From assembly GCA_044370695.1 (NCBI GenBank), contig JBILVB010000001.1:3673-67672 (forward strand): DNA of 64,000 bases, in the 5' to 3' direction. The translations under genes were made by a program, and so were the position numbers. Under the pieces are notes generated by a model. It made no database searches and was not told the DNA's origin. It saw nothing but the letters and a program-made list of their open reading frames with translations. Positions 1 through 8,322 of this stretch are shown here, one piece after another (the stretch's first letter is position 1; the number at the start of each line of letters is the position of its first letter). This DNA is from Acidimicrobiales bacterium (GTDB lineage: Bacteria; Actinomycetota; Acidimicrobiia; Acidimicrobiales; Ilumatobacteraceae).

Positions 1-76
1 CCTCGTAGCCGCCCACCAGCCGGTTCAACCGCCGCAGCGCCGCTGCGGCCCCTTCGAGCGCTGCCCAGTCCGTCAC
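1..76 (-). CDS. 5' fragment of a PaaI/hotdog-like thioesterase paralogue (continues beyond left edge)
   Basis: Own minus-strand translation from GTG 76..74 gives VTDWAALEGAAAALRRLNRLVGGYE..., open to base 1. It mirrors DDWAAMAQAAAALRRLNRAFAG near the N-terminus of the 24514..25203 protein. Too short for the ORF track. Confidence 0.35.
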   Translation of the reverse strand, partial: MTDWAALEGAAAALRRLNRLVGGYE

Positions 77-95
77 GGGTCGGCGACCCTACCGG

Positions 96-947
96 TCAGG
101 CCCCGCCGGCCAGAAAGGCTCGCAGTGCCGCAGCAGTCCGCTGTGGCGCCTCCTCGGGCAGGAAGTGCCCGCACGGCAACGCCTCGCCGGTGACATCGGT
201 GGCCCACCGTTCCCACACGGCGAGCGGGGTCCCGGCCCCGAGCGAGCGCTCGCCCCACAGCACCAGCGTCGGGCAGCCGATCGTGCGCCCGGCGTCCCGG
301 TCGGCCCGGTCGATCTCGACGTCCACTCCGGCGCCCGCTCGGTAGTCGTCGCAGCTGGCGCGGATCACCTCGGGCGTGAACGCGGCGACGTAGGCGTCGA
401 GATCGATCGGGCCGCCGGCCCAGCCGGCGCACACGGTGCGCAGCCAGTACTCGGGGTCATTGCCGATCAGGCGCTCGGGGAACGGCGCCGGCCGGGCCAG
501 GAAGTGCCAGTGGAACGCCCCGACCGCGGCCGCTCCCTTCAGGCGGTCCCACTGCTCGATCGTCGGCAGGATGTCGAGCACGGCCAGGCGGCTGACACGT
601 TCGGGATGGTCGAGGGCCATGCGGTACGCGACCCGGCCGCCGCGGTCGTGGCCGGCCACGCCGAAGCGCTCGTGGCCCAACTCGCCCATCACCGCGACCA
701 ACTCGGCCGCCATCACCCGCTTCGAGTAGGCCACGGCGCGCTCCCCGGCCGGCGGGGTGTGGCTGGCCCCGTAGCCCCGCAGATCGGCGCAGACCACCGT
801 GTGCCCGGCGGCCGCCAGCACCGGGGCCACGTGCCGCCACATCTCGTGTGTCTGCGGATAGCCGTGCAGCAGCAGCACCGGTGCGCCGGTCCCCGCCGTC
901 ACGACGTGGATGCCTGCGACCGTGGCCGCCTCGAACCCGTCGATCAC
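96..947 (-). CDS. alpha/beta hydrolase (haloacetate dehalogenase / epoxide hydrolase-like)
   Basis: Only the last 284 codons of track ORF 96..3593 are protein-like: LLLHGYPQTHEMW, nucleophile elbow GHDRGG, C-terminal CGHFLPEE. GTG 947 is preceded by GGAGG (955..959, minus strand). Confidence 0.85.
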   Translation of the reverse strand: MIDGFEAATVAGIHVVTAGTGAPVLLLHGYPQTHEMWRHVAPVLAAAGHTVVCADLRGYGASHTPPAGERAVAYSKRVMAAELVAVMGELGHERFGVAGHDRGGRVAYRMALDHPERVSRLAVLDILPTIEQWDRLKGAAAVGAFHWHFLARPAPFPERLIGNDPEYWLRTVCAGWAGGPIDLDAYVAAFTPEVIRASCDDYRAGAGVDVEIDRADRDAGRTIGCPTLVLWGERSLGAGTPLAVWERWATDVTGEALPCGHFLPEEAPQRTAAALRAFLAGGA

Positions 948-2338
948 GACCGTGCCTCCATCGTCGCCAGCGCCGCCGCCGCCCGGTCGAGCAGCGTGTC
1001 CACGGCGTCGGGCGCGAGCGCGGCCGTGACCGTCTCGTACCGCTCCCCGGCGTCGACCTCCGCGAAGTGCGACGCAACCGGCAGGTACCGGAAGTGGTCG
1101 CCGGCCAGGCCCACGACGAACGCCCGGTCCGAGCCGCTTCGGGCCGACCACGCCCGACCCACCTCCACCAGCGCCTCCCCCGGCAGCAGGCACAGCGACA
1201 GGTCGTGGAGCCGCAGCACGTGCACGGGCACGGCCACCGGCGCCGAGCGACCCCGCCGGGCGCGGACCCCGAACGACACCAGCCGGTGGCACACCGCCAC
1301 CATCAGCTCCCGCATGGCGTCGTCGTCGAGATCCTCGGCGACGACCACCGACGACGCCTCGGACCACAGCGCCCCGGGCGCGATCGCCCGCTCGCCCAGA
1401 CGCCGCTGCAGCACCGCGACGCTGCGTGCCTCCAGCGCGTCGAGCGCCTCGCCGTCGAGCTCCGCGTACGACGGCGGCACCAGCACCTCGAGACGCTGCG
1501 CGGCGCACGCGGCCAGCTCGTCCGTGGGCGCGGCGCGCACCACGTCCACCACCGCCGTGGCCAACCGCTCGCCGAGCGCCACGGTGTCGGCCCACGAGCC
1601 CCCGCAGTACCCACGGGCGTCGAGCGCATCGCGCCGCGGGCTGGTGGCCGGCACCACGTCGCCCTCGGTGGTGTTGACGAACAGCGCCACCTCCACCCCG
1701 AGGCGCTCCTCGACGAGGCGCTGTGCCACGCCGGGGTAGTCGGCGCTCACCAGGTTCGAGTCCCAGCCGAGCGTCGTGGGGTGGCAGCCGGCACCGAACA
1801 GCACGGCCCGCAGGGCGCCGCTGCGGGCGTCCGTGACCGCGAACACCGGTACCCGGCCGTCGACGGCGTCGTCCACGGCACCGCCGCGGCGCCGGTTCCA
1901 CAACCCGGTGAGCACCCCCACCCCGGTGCGGACGCGGGCCGGTGCCACGTCGGCCAGCGCCGCCCGCACGAGCCCGTCGAGGGCCGCCAGCAACGCCGGG
2001 GCGTACGCGGCCACCCCGGGCTCTGCGCTGCCCGGGGCGTAGGGCACCGGGCCCGAATGGGTGTGCGACGCCGTTACGCACAGCTCGTCGGCGCCGAGGC
2101 CGACGTCGGCCAGCGAGGCCCGCAGCGCTGCGGTGAGGGCGCCGGGTACGTGCAGCAGGTCCATCGTCACCAGCACGACGCGCCGGCCGGCACCCACCAG
2201 GACGAGCGCCTTCGCGTACAAGCGGTCGTGCACCCCCGCCGACGGTTCGGTGCGCTGGCCGAACCCGGCCAGCAGGACCGGCTCCGACGGCGTGATGTCG
2301 ACCCGGGCCCGACCGATCGAGATCTCCACGCCCGGCAT
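944..2338 (-). CDS. neutral/alkaline ceramidase-like hydrolase
   Basis: Track ORF 944..2515 trimmed to ATG 2338 (MPGVEISIGRARVDITPSEPVLLAGFG..., ASHTHSGP). The stop overlaps the downstream start by 4 nt. Confidence 0.7.
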   Translation of the reverse strand: MPGVEISIGRARVDITPSEPVLLAGFGQRTEPSAGVHDRLYAKALVLVGAGRRVVLVTMDLLHVPGALTAALRASLADVGLGADELCVTASHTHSGPVPYAPGSAEPGVAAYAPALLAALDGLVRAALADVAPARVRTGVGVLTGLWNRRRGGAVDDAVDGRVPVFAVTDARSGALRAVLFGAGCHPTTLGWDSNLVSADYPGVAQRLVEERLGVEVALFVNTTEGDVVPATSPRRDALDARGYCGGSWADTVALGERLATAVVDVVRAAPTDELAACAAQRLEVLVPPSYAELDGEALDALEARSVAVLQRRLGERAIAPGALWSEASSVVVAEDLDDDAMRELMVAVCHRLVSFGVRARRGRSAPVAVPVHVLRLHDLSLCLLPGEALVEVGRAWSARSGSDRAFVVGLAGDHFRYLPVASHFAEVDAGERYETVTAALAPDAVDTLLDRAAAALATMEARS

Positions 2339-2441
2339 CGTACGAGCAGCGCCCGCCCCGACCGTTTTGCGTCGCCCGAAAGGGGCGTGCTGTCGTGCGC
2401 TGACAGGAGGGACCGATGCCCGAGCCGTACGAGGACCAACC

Positions 2442-3629
2442 ATGAGCGACGACGAGCTCGGCCGGTTGCTCGGCCGCGCCGCGATCGTCGGCCTCGGCAT
2501 CACCGAAGTGGGCAAGGTCTACGGCCGCAGCGCACTCGATTTCGCCGCCGACGCCGCCCGCCGTGCCGTCGCCGATGCCGGGCTGACGATGAGCGACGTC
2601 GACGGCGTGCTGATGTCCAACGGCGCCTCGGGCGGCGTCGACCTGCGGCTCCAGCGGGAGCTCGGCCTGCGCAACCTGGGTCTGCTGTCGATCGTGTCGT
2701 CTTACGGCGCCACAGCGATCGCCATGGTGCAGCAGGCGGCGATCGCCGTCGCCACCGGTCAGGCGACCACCGTGGTGTGCGTCCACGCCGATGCACCCCT
2801 GCAACCCGAACAGCGCTCCAGTGCCGCCTACGACCGCTCCGCCACGGCGCCGGCCGGCTTCGCGTCGTACTTCGTGGCCTCCGGGATGCGCAGCGCCAAC
2901 GCCGGCTACGCACTGGCGGCGCGGCGGCACATGACCCGCTACGGGACGACCAGCGAGCAGCTCGGGGCCGTCGCCGTCGCCCAACGGGCCTGGGCCGCCG
3001 GGAACCCGCTGGCCCGGTTCCGCGACCCGATCACGATCGCCGACCATCAGGCCTCGCGCGTCGTGATGGACCCGTTGCGCCTGCTCGACTGCTGCATGGT
3101 CTCCAACGGCGGCATCGCCGTGGTGGTCACCTCCCTCGAGCGGGCGCGCGATCTCGCGCAGCCGCCGGTCCATCTGTGGGGCGCGGCCCAGTGTCATCAC
3201 GGCCAACCCTTCGCCCGCGGCAACGAACTCGGCCTGTGGACCGGCGCCGCCATCGCCGGACCGAAGGCGATGGCGATGGCGGGGGTGCGCCCCGGCGACA
3301 TCGACCTGCGCGAGCTGTACGACTGCTACACGATCACCTGCCTGGTCACCCTCGAGGACTACGGGTTCTGCGCCAAGGGTGACAGCGGGCCGCTGGCCGC
3401 CTCCGGCGCGCTCGGACCCGGTGGTTCGCTGCCGACGAACACCGGCGGCGGGCAGCTCTCCTCGTACTACCTGTGGGGCATGACCCCGTTGTCCGAAGCG
3501 GTGATCCAGATCCGTGGCCAGGGCGGCGAACGCCAGGTGCCCCGCCACGACGTCGGCATCGTGAGCGGCAACGGCGGCGTCCTCGACTACCACGCCTGCC
3601 TCGTCGTCGGCCGCGAGCCGAGGCGCTGA
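2442..3629 (+). CDS. thiolase-fold protein, Ltp/SCP-x (lipid-transfer) type
   Basis: ATG 2442 follows GAGGA. Thiolase-like sequence with a C-terminal NTGGGQLSSYYLWG region. A DUF35 partner follows 10 nt later. The N-terminal part of track ORF 2061..3629 was discarded. Confidence 0.85.
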   Translation: MSDDELGRLLGRAAIVGLGITEVGKVYGRSALDFAADAARRAVADAGLTMSDVDGVLMSNGASGGVDLRLQRELGLRNLGLLSIVSSYGATAIAMVQQAAIAVATGQATTVVCVHADAPLQPEQRSSAAYDRSATAPAGFASYFVASGMRSANAGYALAARRHMTRYGTTSEQLGAVAVAQRAWAAGNPLARFRDPITIADHQASRVVMDPLRLLDCCMVSNGGIAVVVTSLERARDLAQPPVHLWGAAQCHHGQPFARGNELGLWTGAAIAGPKAMAMAGVRPGDIDLRELYDCYTITCLVTLEDYGFCAKGDSGPLAASGALGPGGSLPTNTGGGQLSSYYLWGMTPLSEAVIQIRGQGGERQVPRHDVGIVSGNGGVLDYHACLVVGREPRR

Positions 3630-3639
3630 GGAGCCCCCT

Positions 3640-4038
3640 ATGCCCGGTTATTCCGTTCGCCGTGACGCCGGTTCCGGCCCGTTCTACGACGCCGCCGCCG
3701 CCGGACGGCTCGCCGTGCGCCGGTGCCCGACGTGCGGCCGGTGGTACCCACCCCAGCAGGTCGCCTGCGCCGATGGGACCGACGCCGAGTGGGTCGACGC
3801 CTCCGGTGCCGCCACGCTCGTGACCTGGGGGATCGACGCGGCACCACCGCTCGACCCGGCGCTCGCCGCCGCCGACGGCTCGGCCGTGCTGGCGCTCGTC
3901 GAACTGTCCGAGGGCCCGTGGATGTATGCGGCCATCGTCGGCGCCGACCCCGCTGCGCTCCACGAGGGCGACGCGCTCACGGTCCGGTTCGTGCGGCCGG
4001 GCGACGGCGAGGCCATCCCGGTCTTCGCCCCGGCCTGA
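3640..4038 (+). CDS. DUF35 Zn-ribbon/OB-fold protein (thiolase/aldolase partner)
   Basis: CPTCGRWYPPQQVAC zinc ribbon followed by an OB-fold-like C-terminus. GAGGAG lies upstream of the ATG. This gene is classically paired with Ltp thiolases. Confidence 0.85.
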   Translation: MPGYSVRRDAGSGPFYDAAAAGRLAVRRCPTCGRWYPPQQVACADGTDAEWVDASGAATLVTWGIDAAPPLDPALAAADGSAVLALVELSEGPWMYAAIVGADPAALHEGDALTVRFVRPGDGEAIPVFAPA

Positions 4039-4057
4039 GCGCGCCAGACTGCCGGTC

Positions 4058-5230
4058 ATGTCCGACCTCGCGCTCGCCGGCGACCGGCACGGTCCCCTCG
4101 CCGGCGTCACCCTCATCGAACTCGCCGGCATCGGCCCCGGACCGTTCGCCGGCATGGTCCTCGCCGACATGGGCGCCACCGTCATCCGGGTCGACCGGGC
4201 CCAGAACGTGCGCGACGACCTGCCCGCCGACCGGCCGCTCGACCCGATGGCGCGCGGCCGGCACTCGATCGCGCTCGACCTGAAGCAACCCGAGGCGGTC
4301 GAGGTGGTGCTCCGTCTCGTGGAGCGCGCCGACGGGCTGTTCGAAGGGTTCCGGCCCGGCGTGACCGAACGCCTCGGCCTCGGCCCCGACGCGTGCCTGA
4401 CCCGCAATCCCCGCCTCGTCTACGGCCGCATGACCGGCTGGGGCCAGGACGGCCCCTACGCCCACGCAGCCGGTCACGACATCAACTACATCGCCCTCAC
4501 CGGCGCCCTCGACGCCATCGGGCGCCGCGGCGAGGTGCCGACCCCGCCGCTCAACCTCGTCGGGGACTTCGGCGGCGGCGGCATGTTCCTGGCGTTCGGC
4601 ATGGTGTGCGCCCTGTTCGAGGCCCGGGGATCGGGTCGGGGCCAGGTCGTCGACGCCGCCATGGTCGACGGCGCCTCCACGCTGCTCACGTCGATCCATT
4701 TCCTCACCACGCTCGGCCTGTGGAAGCCGGAGCGGGGCACCAACATGCTCGACAGCGGCGCCCCCTACTACGACGTGTACGAGTGCGCAGATGGCCGCTG
4801 CATCTCCGTCGGCTCGATCGAACCGCAGTTCTACGCCGAACTGCGCCGCCTGGCCGGCCTCGATGACGCCGTGTGGGACGCGCAGAACGACCGCGCCGCC
4901 TGGCCCGACCGCAAGGCCGATCTCGTGACCTTGTTCCGCCGCAAGACCCGTGACGAGTGGTGCGACCTCATGGAGTACACCGACGTCTGCTTCGCCCCGG
5001 TGCTGTCGATCACCGAGGCGCCCGAGCACCCGCACGCCAAGGCCCGCAACGCCTTCACCGAGGTGGCCGGGGTGGTGCAGCCGTCGCCCGCTCCCCGGCT
5101 GAGCCGCACGCCGGGCGCCGTGCAGAGCCCGCCGGCGGTGCCGGGCCAGCACACCGACGAGGTGCTCGCCGCCGCCGGGTACGGCGCAGGCGAGATCGCG
5201 GCGTTGCGCCACAGCGGCGCCGTGCGCTGA
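4058..5230 (+). CDS. CaiB/BaiF family III CoA-transferase, alpha-methylacyl-CoA racemase-like
   Basis: MSDLALAGDRHGPLAGVTLIELAGIGPGPFAGMVLADMGATVIRVDR; catalytic-Asp region GWGQDGPYAHAAGHDINYIALTG. Confidence 0.85.
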   Translation: MSDLALAGDRHGPLAGVTLIELAGIGPGPFAGMVLADMGATVIRVDRAQNVRDDLPADRPLDPMARGRHSIALDLKQPEAVEVVLRLVERADGLFEGFRPGVTERLGLGPDACLTRNPRLVYGRMTGWGQDGPYAHAAGHDINYIALTGALDAIGRRGEVPTPPLNLVGDFGGGGMFLAFGMVCALFEARGSGRGQVVDAAMVDGASTLLTSIHFLTTLGLWKPERGTNMLDSGAPYYDVYECADGRCISVGSIEPQFYAELRRLAGLDDAVWDAQNDRAAWPDRKADLVTLFRRKTRDEWCDLMEYTDVCFAPVLSITEAPEHPHAKARNAFTEVAGVVQPSPAPRLSRTPGAVQSPPAVPGQHTDEVLAAAGYGAGEIAALRHSGAVR

Positions 5231-5268
5231 CGGACGTCGACGGCACCGGACCGAGCTCTACGGCACCG

Positions 5269-5676
5269 ATGCACCTCGAGGCGGTGACCGTCGTCGTCGA
5301 CGACTACGACGAAGCGATCGCGTTCTTCGTCGACGCGCTCGGTTTCGTTCTGGTCGAGGACACCCCGTCGTCGACGAACGACGGCCGCCCCAAGCGCTGG
5401 GTCGTCGTCCGCCCGCCCGGCGCCGCCACCGGCCTGCTGCTGGCACGCGCCGACGGCGCTGCGCAGGCCGCCGCCATCGGCGCTCAGGTCGCCGGCCGGG
5501 TCGGGTTCTTCCTGAGGGTCGACGCCTTCGACGCGCAGTACCGGCGCATGGTCGAGCACGGGGTCCGGTTCCTCAGCGAGCCGCGCGCCGAGCCCTACGG
5601 CACCGTCGCGGTGTTCCTCGACATCGCCGGCAACCGTTGGGACCTCCTCGGCGGACCCCCCACCGAGGCGCCCTGA
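5269..5676 (+). CDS. VOC/glyoxalase-family protein
   Basis: MHLEAVTVVVDDYDEAIAFFVDALGF..., about 135 aa, C-terminal FLDIAGNRWDL. ATG 5269 lies inside track ORF 4957..5676. Confidence 0.8.
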   Translation: MHLEAVTVVVDDYDEAIAFFVDALGFVLVEDTPSSTNDGRPKRWVVVRPPGAATGLLLARADGAAQAAAIGAQVAGRVGFFLRVDAFDAQYRRMVEHGVRFLSEPRAEPYGTVAVFLDIAGNRWDLLGGPPTEAP

Positions 5677-5682
5677 CGGCGC

Positions 5683-6492
5683 TCAGCCGTAGCTGACCCC
5701 GAGGCCCGCCCGGGCGTCGCTCTGCACCCCGTAGGGCGGGATCGGGTAGCGCAGGCCGTTGCGGGACAACGCGTCGAGCCCTTCGACGATCCCGGGCAGG
5801 AAGTGGGGTGGGATGGCCATGAGCAGCTCGTCCTCCATCACCCCGCCGTAGCGGCGCTCGGCGAAGCACGGGATCGACAGGCTCGGCTCGCCGGTGGCCA
5901 GCGCCCGACCCCACGAATCCGCGCAGGCCGACTCGCCGACGCATCCCCAATCGAGCTTGCGGTAACCGGTCCACTGCAGGCCGTTGATGAACAGGATCAT
6001 CTGGGCCGGGGTGGCGTAGATCAGGCAGATGTCGGGCGGGTTCAGCCGGCCCGACACCAGGGGCGACACGGCCATCGCCTCGTACCGGCCGAAGGGCACG
6101 AGGTCCATGGCGTGCTGATGGGCCGAGGAGTCCTCGAGGGTCTGGAACCACACCCCGGCCATGCGCCGGCCCGACAGCCAGTCCTCGTCGCGCGGGTGCA
6201 GGCCGATCACCGCGGCGCACTGGTCGCCGACGAGATCGGCCTTGGTGATCCCGACCGTCCACCCGAGCCGGCTGGCCTGCCCGACGATCTGGTCGGTGGT
6301 GTGGACGTCCTTGGGCCGGCGGATCTTCGGGATCGCTTCCATCTCGGCCGCCGTGGCGAACAGCTTCATGCCGATGGGCGTCGTCCGCAGGCGCAACAGG
6401 CGGTTGAGATCGGCCACGATCCGTTCGAAGTCGTAGCGCTCGGGCTGGTGGTGGCCGCTCAGGTTCACGGGCACGGCGGTCGGTTCGCTCAC
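5683..6492 (-). CDS. DUF169 domain protein
   Basis: The C-terminal 269 codons of ORF 5683..7047 are protein-like (TPIGMKLF..., [28 protein letters not shown]). GTG 6492 follows GGGGGAGA. Confidence 0.7.
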   Translation of the reverse strand: MSEPTAVPVNLSGHHQPERYDFERIVADLNRLLRLRTTPIGMKLFATAAEMEAIPKIRRPKDVHTTDQIVGQASRLGWTVGITKADLVGDQCAAVIGLHPRDEDWLSGRRMAGVWFQTLEDSSAHQHAMDLVPFGRYEAMAVSPLVSGRLNPPDICLIYATPAQMILFINGLQWTGYRKLDWGCVGESACADSWGRALATGEPSLSIPCFAERRYGGVMEDELLMAIPPHFLPGIVEGLDALSRNGLRYPIPPYGVQSDARAGLGVSYG

Positions 6493-6604
6493 GGTGTCTC
6501 CCCCTCGTCGAGATCCGGCGCCAGCGATGGTACGACGCTCGACCCCGTGCGTTGGCGGGAGGACACCGGCACCGGCCAGCATCGTTGCGAGCGAGGGGGA
6601 GACC

Positions 6605-7438
6605 GTGCAGGACCGTGAAGGCGCATTGGCCGGCAAGGCCGCGGTGGTGACCGGGGGCGGGACCGGGATCGGGCTGGGGTGCGCCAAGCGCCTCGCCGCC
6701 GACGGCGCGGTGGTGACGATCTGCGGGCGGCGGGCCGACGTGCTCGAGCACGCCGTCGCCGAGATCGGACCCAACGGCCGGTTCGTCGTGTGCGACGTAC
6801 AGGACGAGGCCCAGGTGGCCGCGCTCATGGCCGCCGCCGCCGAACCCCTCGGCGGCCTGCACATCGCCGTGGTGAACGCCGGGGGCGGTGTCACCGCAGG
6901 CCCGATCGTCGCCGGCGACCTGCAGGGCTGGATCGACCAGCTCGGCGTGAACGTGATCGGAGCGTTCCTCACCATCAAGCACGCTGCGCCGTACCTCGGG
7001 CGCGCCGGGGGCGGCTCGATCATCGCCATCTCCTCCATCGCCGGCATCCGGACCCACCGCGGCCTCGGCGCCTACTGCGTGTCGAAAGCGGCGCTCGAGA
7101 TGCTCGTGTACAACGCCGCCGACGAACTCGGCGAGTACCGGATCCGGGTGAACGCCGTGCGCCCCGGCCTCGTGCCCACCGACGCCACCGACCGCCTCAC
7201 CGGCGACGACTACACCCGCAACGACTACCTGGCGCAGATGCCGATCGCCCGCACCGGCACGCCCGAGGACATCGCCGACGCCGTGCGGTTCCTGGCCGGC
7301 GACGAGGCCACCTGGATCACCGGGCAGTGCTTCGGCGTCGACGGCGGCCACAGCGTGCGACGCGGCCCCGATCTCGACCACCTGATCGGCAACGTGTTCC
7401 GCCCCATGGTCGACGGCATGATGCGGGGGCCTCGGTGA
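6605..7438 (+). CDS. short-chain dehydrogenase/reductase
   Basis: GKAAVVTGGGTGIGLG Rossmann motif, YCVSKAALE catalytic Y-x3-K. GTG 6605 follows GAGGGGGAG. Confidence 0.85.
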   Translation: MQDREGALAGKAAVVTGGGTGIGLGCAKRLAADGAVVTICGRRADVLEHAVAEIGPNGRFVVCDVQDEAQVAALMAAAAEPLGGLHIAVVNAGGGVTAGPIVAGDLQGWIDQLGVNVIGAFLTIKHAAPYLGRAGGGSIIAISSIAGIRTHRGLGAYCVSKAALEMLVYNAADELGEYRIRVNAVRPGLVPTDATDRLTGDDYTRNDYLAQMPIARTGTPEDIADAVRFLAGDEATWITGQCFGVDGGHSVRRGPDLDHLIGNVFRPMVDGMMRGPR

Positions 7439-8289
7439 GCACGACGGTCCACTTCACCGGTCGCGACGGCAACGTCCTCGTCGCCGACGTCACCGGCCCC
7501 GCCGACGGCCCGACCGTGCTGCTGCTCCACGGCGGCGGCCAGACCCGCCATTCGTGGGGCACGACGCTGCGCGTGCTCGGCGAGCGAGGCTGGCGGGCCT
7601 ACTCGATGGACCTGCGCGGCCACGGCGACAGCGCCTGGGCCGACGACGGCGACTACACACTCGACGCGTTCAGCGGCGACGTGATCGAGGCGTGCCGCAC
7701 CATCGGCGGTCACCCGGCGCTGGTCGGCGCCTCGCTCGGCGGGCTCACCGCGCTCGCCACGCTCGGCGAGCACCCCGACGTGGGCCGGGCCCTCGTGCTC
7801 GTCGACGTCGCCCCCAACATCGAACCCGTGGGACGCGACCGCATCGTGGCGTTCATGCTCGAACACGTCGACGACGGGTTCGCTTCACTCGACGAGGTGG
7901 CCGACGCCATCGCCCGGTACAACCCGCACCGGCCCCGGCCGAACGACCTGTCGGGCCTGCGCAAGAACCTGCGAGAGCGCAACGGCCGATGGTTCTGGCA
8001 CTGGGATCCGCGGTTCATGCGCGGCCGAGTGGACGCGCCGAACGAGACCCGCTCGTCGGTCGTGAACACCGAACGGCTCGAGGACGCCGCACGAGCGCTC
8101 AGGGTGCCGACGCTCGTCGTGCGGGGCCGCATGAGCGACCTGCTCTCCGAGGAGGGCGCCCAGCAGATGCTGGCGCTCACGCCGCACGCCCGACTGGTCG
8201 ACGTGGCCGGGGCCGGCCACATGGTCGCCGGCGACCGCAACGACCTGTTCAACGACGCCGTCGTGTCGTTCCTGTCCGACGTCGGCTGA
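7435..8289 (+). CDS. alpha/beta hydrolase
   Basis: VLLLHGGGQTRHSW, nucleophile elbow GASLGG, C-terminal GAGHMVAGD. GTG 7435 overlaps the upstream stop (GTGA). Confidence 0.85.
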   Translation: MSTTVHFTGRDGNVLVADVTGPADGPTVLLLHGGGQTRHSWGTTLRVLGERGWRAYSMDLRGHGDSAWADDGDYTLDAFSGDVIEACRTIGGHPALVGASLGGLTALATLGEHPDVGRALVLVDVAPNIEPVGRDRIVAFMLEHVDDGFASLDEVADAIARYNPHRPRPNDLSGLRKNLRERNGRWFWHWDPRFMRGRVDAPNETRSSVVNTERLEDAARALRVPTLVVRGRMSDLLSEEGAQQMLALTPHARLVDVAGAGHMVAGDRNDLFNDAVVSFLSDVG

Positions 8290-8303
8290 ACGACCTCGGG
8301 CGC

Positions 8304-8321
8304 CCGGGGCCGTTGCCCCGG
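8304..8321. terminator. short GC hairpin between convergent genes
   Basis: CCGGGG-CCGTTG-CCCCGG: 6-bp stem, 6-nt loop, no U-tract. Lies between the stops at 8289 and 8323. Confidence 0.3.
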
Positions 8322-8322
8322 C

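Noticed and set aside
96-3593. 1165-aa ORF, the longest in this part of the track
   Set aside because: Only the last 284 codons look like a protein (alpha/beta hydrolase). The rest is Arg/Gly/Pro/Ala-rich shadow sequence antisense to the thiolase gene and out of frame over the ceramidase-like gene on the same strand. This is the typical absence of stops in a high-GC off-frame.
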